Of a stretch of DNA of 64,000 nucleotides, positions 57,705-64,000 are shown piece after piece. Within the stretch, counting starts at the first letter, position 1, and every line of letters starts with the position of its first letter. Origin of the DNA: an uncultured Chloroflexia bacterium (GTDB lineage Bacteria; Chloroflexota; Limnocylindria; Limnocylindrales; CSP1-4); contig CAVVCZ010000001.1 in NCBI GenBank assembly GCA_963746845.1, positions 128,001-192,000 on the forward strand, read 5' to 3'. The notes under the pieces were generated by a model. That model ran no database searches. It was not told the origin of the DNA and saw only the letters and a program-made list of their open reading frames with translations. The position numbers and the translations under genes are program-made.

Positions 57705-59153
57705 ATGCTCCCGTCCGACCCCGCGACCCCCGGATCCGCGGCGACCCCAGATCCGTCCCCGACCACCGCTGAGGCAGCGACCGCCCCGGTCCCCCAGGCC
57801 GCCGCGGCACCTGGATCCGCCCTGACCCCAGATCCCGCTCCGGCGGCCGCCACATCCGCCCTCGAGGTCCAGCCGACCGCCGTCCAGACGCGCGGCTCCG
57901 GCGCACGGACGCCGATCCTCGCCCTCGCGATGGTCGTCGTCTCGATCCTCGCCGGCGGCGCGCTCTTCGTCTCGGGCTTCCTCGTCGGCCAGCGCAGCGC
58001 TGATCAGCCGGGCACCCCGGTCGGCGCCGAGGAGGGCTTCCAGCCGTTCTGGGACAGCTACAACACGATCCTGAAGCGGTTCGCGCTCGGCGGCGTCGAC
58101 CAGCAGAGCCTCGTGAACGGCGCGATCAAGGGCATGGTCGATTCGCTCGGCGACCCCTACTCGGCCTTCCTGACCCCGGATCAGTACCGGGAGGGCCTCC
58201 AGGACCTGTCCGGTCAGTTCGAGGGAATCGGCGCCGAGATCGGGACGACGAACGCGAAGGGCGCGACCTCCGACTGCACGACCCTCGGGACCGACTGCGT
58301 CATGACCGTCGTCAGCCCTCTCGACGGCTCGCCGGCCGAGAAGGCGGGCGTCAAGGCCGGCGACCAGATCGTCGCGATCGACGGCACCAAGCTCGACGGG
58401 CTCACGGTCGACGCCGCGCGTGACAAGGTGCGTGGCAAGAAGGGTACCGAGGTCACCCTGTCCATCGTCCGCGGCGGCGCCACCCCGACCGACATCACGG
58501 TCGTCCGCGACATCATCGTGAGCAAGGAGGTCATCTCGAAGTCGCTGGCCGACGGCAAGGTCGGCTACATCGCGGTGACCGGCTTCTCGGACAACTCCGC
58601 GTCCAAGTTCCACGACACCCTGCAGGCTGACCTCAAGGCCGGCCAGAAGTCGTTCGTCCTCGACCTCCGCGGCAATCCCGGCGGCTACGTCAACGCGGCG
58701 CGGCTGATGGCGAGCGAGTTCATCGCCGACGGGCCGATCTTCTGGGAGCAGGCCGCCGACGGGACCCAGACGGAGACGACCGCGACCGGGCAGGGGATCG
58801 CAACGGGCGCCGACATCAAGCTCGTCGTCCTCGTCGACAAGGGCAGCGCGTCGGCGAGCGAGATCGTCGCGGGCGCCCTCCAGGACCGCAAGCGGGCGAC
58901 GATCGTCGGTGAGACGTCATTCGGCAAGGGCACCGTCCAGCAGTGGATCCAGCTCCAGGACGGATCGGCGCTCAAGCTCACGATCGCGAAGTGGCTGACG
59001 CCGGACAAGCACTGGATCCACCACGTCGGGATCATCCCGGACGTCCCCGTGGCGACGCCGGCCGACGCGACGCCGGACAAGGATCCCGTGCTCGACAAGG
59101 CGGTCAGCCTGCTGACGGCCCAGGCTGCGGCCGCGCTGCGACCCGCCGCCTGA
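57705..59153 (+). CDS. ctpA: S41-family carboxyl-terminal processing protease (PDZ)
   Basis: L.DPYS, GIG, SPAEKAG, LDLRGNPGG, SASASEI, FGKG.VQ, GI.PD; start uncertain (57660 or 57705). Confidence 0.92.
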   Translation: MLPSDPATPGSAATPDPSPTTAEAATAPVPQAAAAPGSALTPDPAPAAATSALEVQPTAVQTRGSGARTPILALAMVVVSILAGGALFVSGFLVGQRSADQPGTPVGAEEGFQPFWDSYNTILKRFALGGVDQQSLVNGAIKGMVDSLGDPYSAFLTPDQYREGLQDLSGQFEGIGAEIGTTNAKGATSDCTTLGTDCVMTVVSPLDGSPAEKAGVKAGDQIVAIDGTKLDGLTVDAARDKVRGKKGTEVTLSIVRGGATPTDITVVRDIIVSKEVISKSLADGKVGYIAVTGFSDNSASKFHDTLQADLKAGQKSFVLDLRGNPGGYVNAARLMASEFIADGPIFWEQAADGTQTETTATGQGIATGADIKLVVLVDKGSASASEIVAGALQDRKRATIVGETSFGKGTVQQWIQLQDGSALKLTIAKWLTPDKHWIHHVGIIPDVPVATPADATPDKDPVLDKAVSLLTAQAAAALRPAA

Positions 59154-59166
59154 TCGGGCCGCCGTC

Positions 59167-59195
59167 TTGCACCTCGCCCGACCATCCTGTACGGT
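59167..59195 (+). promoter_or_regulatory. Sigma70-type promoter upstream of the small ORF and smpB
   Basis: TTGCAC-N17-TACGGT. Confidence 0.55.
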
Positions 59196-59223
59196 GTTCG
59201 GGAACGAAAGGAGGTGATGTGCA

Positions 59224-59274
59224 GTGATCGACAGTACGCGTAGCTGCACCACCTCGCAGGAGATGGCCGTCTAG
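59224..59274 (+). CDS. Candidate 16-aa small ORF / leader peptide MIDSTRSCTTSQEMAV upstream of smpB
   Basis: AAAGGAGGTGAT SD (59207-59218), GTG at 59224, TAG at 59272; own promoter and downstream hairpin. Confidence 0.5.
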   Translation: MIDSTRSCTTSQEMAV

Positions 59275-59305
59275 TCGGACACCCTGTGGGTGGATGAGCT
59301 TTCGG

Positions 59306-59334
59306 ATGCCGGCCCTTCAGGGCCGGCATTCGTG
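59306..59334 (+). terminator. Terminator-like hairpin between the small ORF and smpB
   Basis: ATGCCGGCCC-TTCA-GGGCCGGCAT 10-bp stem, weak U-tail. Confidence 0.55.
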
Positions 59335-59406
59335 CGTCCGGGAGGCGGGACCCGGACGCGCCCACTCCCTCACACTGACCGCAGCCACCTCACGAAGGAA
59401 CGATCC

Positions 59407-59874
59407 GTGGCCGACGAGAAGACGATGGCCCTCAATCGGCGGGCCCGTCACGACTTCAACATCGACGAGACGTTCGAGGCCGGGATCGTCCTGACCGGGA
59501 CGGAGATCAAGTCCATCCGCGCCGGGAAGGTCAACCTGTCGGACGCGTATGCCCGGATCGAGCGCGACGAGGCCTGGCTGGTCGGCGCCCACATCGCCCC
59601 GTTCGAGCAGGCGAACCGCTACAACCACGATCCGAAGCGGGTCCGGAAGCTGCTCCTGCACCGCTCGGAGATCGACGAGCTGCTCGGACGGACGAAGGCG
59701 AAGGGCCAGACGATCGTGCCGCTCCGGCTGTACCTGACCTCGAAGGGGCGCGCCAAGCTGGAGCTGGGTCTCGCGCGAGGCAAACAGCTGCACGACCGTC
59801 GTCGGGACATCGCCGATCGCGACGCGAAGCGCGACATCGCGCGCGAGCTGGCCGACGCGCAACGCGGACGGTAG
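59407..59874 (+). CDS. smpB: SsrA-binding protein
   Basis: NRRARHD..I.E..EAGIVL.G.E.KS.R, NH.P.R.RKLLLH..EI, GK..HD.R; GTG with AAGGA SD. Confidence 0.96.
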   Translation: MADEKTMALNRRARHDFNIDETFEAGIVLTGTEIKSIRAGKVNLSDAYARIERDEAWLVGAHIAPFEQANRYNHDPKRVRKLLLHRSEIDELLGRTKAKGQTIVPLRLYLTSKGRAKLELGLARGKQLHDRRRDIADRDAKRDIARELADAQRGR

Positions 59875-59893
59875 CCGTCGTCCCCCGTTAGGC

Positions 59894-59909
59894 TGCTTCA
59901 CGTGAAACT
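59894..59909. promoter_or_regulatory. Second parS-like site overlapping a start codon
   Basis: TGCTTCACGTGAAACT, 14/16 match to the parS consensus. Confidence 0.6.
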
Positions 59910-60990
59910 GTCCGGCGCGACCGTCGCCACCCCGCTGCGCCTCGGACCGACGATCCGGGCGGTCGACCTCCACGCCGGCGGCGAGCCCGGCCGGGTCATC
60001 GTCGATGGCGTCGCCGACGTGCCCGGCGCGACGATGTTCGACAAGATGACCTGGCTTGCCGCGAACCGCGACGACCTCCGGCTGCGGATGCTCCGGGAGC
60101 CGCGCGGCTTCCCTGCGGCGAACTGCAACCTCGTCCTGCCGTCGTCGAACCCGGAGGCGGCCGCCGGGTACGTCATCATGGAGCAGGTCGAATACCCGGG
60201 GATGAGCGGGACGAACACGATGTGCGTCGCCACCGCCCTCCTGGAGCTCGGGCTGGTGCCGATGACCGAGCCGGTCACGGAGCTGACGCTCGAGGCGCCG
60301 GCGGGGCTGATCCGGATCCACGCCGGGTGCCGGGATGGCAAGGTCACCGGGGTGACGTTCCGGAACGTGCCGGCCTTCGCGACCCACCTCGACGCGGTCG
60401 TGGAGGTCCCTCATCTCGGGACGGTCACGGTCGACGTCGCCTACGGCGGCATGTTCTACGTCATCGCTTCCGCCGAGGCGTTCGGGCTCCGGCTCACGCC
60501 CGACGAGGGAGCGGACATCGCCCGGATCACCGAGATGATCAAGGCAGCCGCCGCCGATCAGCTGCCGGTGGTCCACCCGGAGCAGCCGGCGTTCGCGGGG
60601 ATCACGATCGGCCAGCTGTCCGGGCCGGCCCACGATCCGGCGAACGCGATGCGGAACGTCGTGACGGTCTCGAGCGGGATGCTCGACTGGGACCGCCCGG
60701 GGACGTGGACGGGCGCGATCGATCGGTCGCCGTGCGGGACGGGAACGTCCGCCAGGATGGCGACTCTCCACGCGCGCGGTCGGCTGGCGATCGGCGAGGA
60801 CTTCCGCCACGAGGGGATCCTTGGGACGGTGTTCACGGGCCGGCTCCTCGAGGAGACGATGGTCGGGGGACGGGGCGCGGTCGTCCCGCAGATCACCGGC
60901 CAGGCGTGGATCACGGGGATCGCCGACTACGTTCTCGACCCGACCGACCCGTTCCCGGACGGCTTCACGATCGGCGACATCTGGGCCTGA
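59902..60990 (+). CDS. Proline racemase superfamily protein (Ser/Cys active-site pair)
   Basis: D.H..GEP.R, EPRG, MSGTN in place of MCGH, D.AYGG, DRSPCGTGTSA, DPF..GF. Confidence 0.9.
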   Translation: MKLSGATVATPLRLGPTIRAVDLHAGGEPGRVIVDGVADVPGATMFDKMTWLAANRDDLRLRMLREPRGFPAANCNLVLPSSNPEAAAGYVIMEQVEYPGMSGTNTMCVATALLELGLVPMTEPVTELTLEAPAGLIRIHAGCRDGKVTGVTFRNVPAFATHLDAVVEVPHLGTVTVDVAYGGMFYVIASAEAFGLRLTPDEGADIARITEMIKAAAADQLPVVHPEQPAFAGITIGQLSGPAHDPANAMRNVVTVSSGMLDWDRPGTWTGAIDRSPCGTGTSARMATLHARGRLAIGEDFRHEGILGTVFTGRLLEETMVGGRGAVVPQITGQAWITGIADYVLDPTDPFPDGFTIGDIWA

Positions 60991-60997
60991 CCGCGCC

Positions 60998-62686
60998 TCA
61001 GCGCAGGAAGTAGCGCCGGCTCAGCGGGACCTCGTCGACCGGCTCGATCGCCATCGGGCGTCCATCGAGCGTGACCGCCCCGTCGGTCGGGTCGACCTCG
61101 ACCGGCGCGGCGGCGCGGTTCAGCCACAGGTCGTCCCGGGTCAGCCCGCGGGTCGCGCCGATCGGCAGCACATCGCGCCCGGCCACGGACCGGGCGCGGA
61201 GACCCGAGACCGCCGAGGGTGCCCCGAACGTGACACCGAGCCGGGCGGCGGCGGCAGCTGACCCGCCCCACTCCGGGCGGTAGCGCGTGGGCTCGGCGCG
61301 CTCGACCGTCGCGTTGCCCTCGCCGAGCGGCGCCCACGCCGGATACCCGCTCTTGAGCACGAGCTCCGGCTTGGCACCGAACCATGCGGGCTTCCAGAGG
61401 ACGATGTCGGCGAGCCGGCCCGGCCGCAGCGACCCGACGTGGTCGGCGAGCCCATGCGTGATCGCCGGCTCGATCGTGACCTTCGCGAGATAGCGCAGGA
61501 CCCGCTCGGTGTCGTCCGGGATGCCGTCGCCGCCGACGACCCGTGTCAACGTGCTACCACGCCACCGTGTCATCACGCTGGCAAGCTGAAGCGTGCGGCG
61601 GATGGTCTCGAGGATCCGGCCCATCCCCTGCGAGTCGGAGTTCACGATCTGGATCGCCCCGAGATCGTGGAGCGGCCCCTCCGCCGCCATCGATGCCGGG
61701 TGGATCCGCTCGGCGGCGAGCCGGACATCCGCCGCCACGCCCATCGACCCGCCATGGTTCAGCACGATCATCGCGACGTGCTCGGCCGCCGCGTGCCGCC
61801 CGAACGGGAGCGTCGGCGTCGTCGACGAGCAGATGATGTTCGGCTCGCGGACGAGCCCGATCAGGTCCGGGATGTGCCCGCCGCCCGAGCCCTCCACGTG
61901 GTAGGCGTGGACCGTGCGGCCCGCGATCGCCGCGACCGTGTCCTCGAGCTCCGCGGATTCGTGCAGCCCGTCGGTGTGGAGCGACACGGCGACACCCGCC
62001 GCGGCCGCGAACGACAGCGTCGCGTCGATGATCTCCGGCGTCGCACCGTAGTCCTCGTGGATCTTGAACCCGACGGCGCCCGCCTCGACCAGGGCCGCGA
62101 GATCCGCGGGATGGGTCGACCGCGCGCATGCCTGCAGCCCGACGTTCAGCGGCCAGCCGGCGATCGAGGCGAGCATCCGCTCCATCGCCCACGGCGGCTC
62201 CTCGAACCCCGCGGTGACGAGGGTGGTGACCCCGCCCGACAGGGCCGCCGGCATCAGCTCCGGGCTGATCAGGTGGACGTGGCTGTCGATCGCGCCGGGG
62301 GTGGCGATCAGCCCGTAGGCCATGATCGGGGCGGTGTGCGGCCCGATCTCGAGCTCGATCCCGTCGCTGATCGCCGGGTTCCCGGCCCGCCCGACCCCGA
62401 CGACCCGCCCGTCCTTGATCCCGATGTCCGCCTTGACGATCCCGATCGTCGGATCGATGACCAGCGCGCCGGCGACCACGGCGTCGAGCTCCGACGGCGA
62501 TGCCCGGCCGGTCTGGGTCATCCGGGGTCGGAGCGTCTTGGCATAGCCCCAGATCGGCTCGTCGCCCGGCGCCTGGCGGTCCTCGCCGACCGTGACCCAC
62601 AGGTCGGTGTCACCGAGGCGGACCCGATCACCGGCGGTCGGGCCGTACCGGGCGAGGCGATCTTCCGGCGAGAGCACGCGGCTCAT
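60998..62686 (-). CDS. ureC: Urease alpha-subunit-like amidohydrolase (divergent)
   Basis: YGPT.GD.VRLGDT, G.AGNP, DSHVH, GFKIHED.G, LHTD, YHVEG.GGGH.PD, SDSQ.MGR, RY.AK.TI.PA. Confidence 0.88.
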   Translation of the reverse strand: MSRVLSPEDRLARYGPTAGDRVRLGDTDLWVTVGEDRQAPGDEPIWGYAKTLRPRMTQTGRASPSELDAVVAGALVIDPTIGIVKADIGIKDGRVVGVGRAGNPAISDGIELEIGPHTAPIMAYGLIATPGAIDSHVHLISPELMPAALSGGVTTLVTAGFEEPPWAMERMLASIAGWPLNVGLQACARSTHPADLAALVEAGAVGFKIHEDYGATPEIIDATLSFAAAAGVAVSLHTDGLHESAELEDTVAAIAGRTVHAYHVEGSGGGHIPDLIGLVREPNIICSSTTPTLPFGRHAAAEHVAMIVLNHGGSMGVAADVRLAAERIHPASMAAEGPLHDLGAIQIVNSDSQGMGRILETIRRTLQLASVMTRWRGSTLTRVVGGDGIPDDTERVLRYLAKVTIEPAITHGLADHVGSLRPGRLADIVLWKPAWFGAKPELVLKSGYPAWAPLGEGNATVERAEPTRYRPEWGGSAAAAARLGVTFGAPSAVSGLRARSVAGRDVLPIGATRGLTRDDLWLNRAAAPVEVDPTDGAVTLDGRPMAIEPVDEVPLSRRYFLR

Positions 62687-63291
62687 TCCCCGTCTCCAGG
62701 CGCGCGGTCGCCGGCGAACCGCACGATCTCGACCGTCTTCTCCTCGCCCGGCGCCCACCGCTCGGCGTCGCCGGCCGGCAGGTCGAGCCGGAACCCGGCC
62801 GCGGCCACGCGGTCGAAGACCAGCCGCTGGTTCACCCGGTCGAACGGCATGTGCGACGACACCCGGACGACCCGGCGCGACGTGTTGCGCACGGCGAGAG
62901 ACCGGCGCTCGGCCGCGGCGGCGGCAGGCGCCAACGGACCCGGGCCGGCGACGATCGCGCCCGGTCCATCAACCGGCATCGGTCGACCGGCGCCGAGCGG
63001 ATCCACGAGGACCACGAGCCGCGTCCCGTCGCCGACGAGCACCTCCAGGCGGACCTCGTCGACGAGCTCGCGGACGCCGTCGAGCACCTCGTCCGGCCCG
63101 ACCGCCCCGAGTCCGGCGGCCTCGACCGCGTCGAGCCCGGCTCCATCCCGCGCCGCCTCGAGCATCGCGTCGCAGATGATCGCGATCGTCTCGGGCGCGT
63201 TCAGCGGCAGGCCGCGAGCGCGTCGTCGACGGGCGAGCTCGGCGGCCGAGAACAGGAGCAGCCGCTCCTCCTCCCAGGCGGTCAGGCGCAT
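62683..63291 (-). CDS. ureA: Fused urease gamma/beta subunit-like protein
   Basis: M.LT..E.E.L....AAE.AR.R..RGL.LN.PE, E....DGT.LV (gamma); V.N...R.V.V.SH..F..VN..L.FDR..A.G.RLD.PAG (beta). Confidence 0.88.
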   Translation of the reverse strand: MRLTAWEEERLLLFSAAELARRRRARGLPLNAPETIAIICDAMLEAARDGAGLDAVEAAGLGAVGPDEVLDGVRELVDEVRLEVLVGDGTRLVVLVDPLGAGRPMPVDGPGAIVAGPGPLAPAAAAAERRSLAVRNTSRRVVRVSSHMPFDRVNQRLVFDRVAAAGFRLDLPAGDAERWAPGEEKTVEIVRFAGDRAPGDGE

Positions 63292-63344
63292 GCCCGGATC
63301 GTAGACGGTTGCGTGCCGCGGGCAGGGCCTCGCGGAGGAGCCCG

Positions 63345-64000
63345 TCAGTTCGTCGCGACGCGGACCTGGTGACCCGCCGGCGACGCGCTTGCCGGGGCCG
63401 CCGGCGCCGGTGCGACGGCCGGTCGACGTCCGGCCTGGACGAACATCGCAACCCCGATCGCCGAGGTCGCCGCGCAGGCGAGCAGCCCGACGGTGACGTC
63501 GATCAGGCCGATCTCGAGCAGCGCGCTCATCAGGAAGGCGGCCACGATCCCACGGGCGCCGGTGAGCGCGTTCCAGCCGGCCATCGCCGCCGCGCGGGAG
63601 GCGAGCGGCGTCTGATCGCTCACCGCCGCGGCGATCCCGACATCGATCGACGCGCTGCCGATGCCCCCGGCGATCGCCGCGAACCAGAGCACGACGACGC
63701 TCGGGGCGAACGCGTAGGCGACGAGGGACAGCAGGCCGATCGCGCTCCCGAGACGCAGCGACGCAAGCGCGCCGAACCGGTCGGCGACGAGGCCCCAGAG
63801 CGGGAACGCGACGGTGGTCGCGATGGCGGCGAGGATGCCGATCACGCCCACGTCCGACAGGCTCAGGTTCAGCCGGTCGACATGGACGAGCGCGAACAAT
63901 GGCGCGGCAGCGATCAGACCGCCGCCGTAGAACCCCTGGGCGAGGGCGATCCGGGCGAGGAGCGGGCGCTCGCGCAGTGCGCGGATCGACTCCCGGGCGG
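63345..64000 (-). CDS. MFS transporter, C-terminal part (truncated by window edge)
   Basis: WG..ADRFG motif, multiple TM helices; frame open to the window end. Confidence 0.8.
   Translation of the reverse strand, partial: ARESIRALRERPLLARIALAQGFYGGGLIAAAPLFALVHVDRLNLSLSDVGVIGILAAIATTVAFPLWGLVADRFGALASLRLGSAIGLLSLVAYAFAPSVVVLWFAAIAGGIGSASIDVGIAAAVSDQTPLASRAAAMAGWNALTGARGIVAAFLMSALLEIGLIDVTVGLLACAATSAIGVAMFVQAGRRPAVAPAPAAPASASPAGHQVRVATN

Noticed and set aside
59306-59332. Stem ATGCCGGC...GCCGGCATTCG shared with the 4234-4267 hairpin as a REP family
   Set aside because: Only two instances with a short GC-rich match and different loops; plausible by chance among terminators
59196-59900. tmRNA (ssrA) next to smpB
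   Set aside because: No GGGG 5' acceptor strand, T-arm GGTTCGA or CCA end; the small ORF ends EMAV rather than an ALAA-type tag

Overview
A very GC-rich bacterial chromosomal window, mostly core housekeeping genes. Gene content and order suggest Chloroflexota, possibly Limnocylindria-like (inference only). In order: comF-hpf; nfo and an ArnT/PMT-like glycosyltransferase; an XRE regulator; then a long minus-strand block (mreD-mrdA-rodA, CPA1 antiporter, rplU-rpmA-rpmE, a frameshifted orphan DNA methyltransferase, DUF1385-prfA-[glycogen-debranching-like]-prmC-HAD-tsaC-glyA-wecA, two Ig/PKD surface proteins, the full atp operon, murA, mreB). A plus-strand block follows: parS-parA-parB-gyrB-PaaI-AlkD-gyrA-prs, secA, prfB with its programmed +1 frameshift, ftsEX-ctpA, smpB and a proline-racemase-family gene. 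The window ends with a divergent two-gene urease-like locus. I saw no rRNA, tRNA, tmRNA, CRISPR array or transposase. Best novelty candidates: (1) an unannotated promoter / very strong SD / 16-codon ORF / terminator cassette directly upstream of smpB; (2) an 8-Cys small ORF coupled by TAGTG to prfB behind a perfect palindrome; (3) a urease paralogue with all metal ligands but a remodelled substrate pocket and no adjacent accessory genes; (4) a CcrM/HinfI-like orphan methyltransferase with a 1-nt frameshift; (5) a dispersed hairpin repeat (MITE-like); (6) widespread apparently leaderless genes; (7) a parS-like site covering a start codon. All calls are by eye; no database searches were run.
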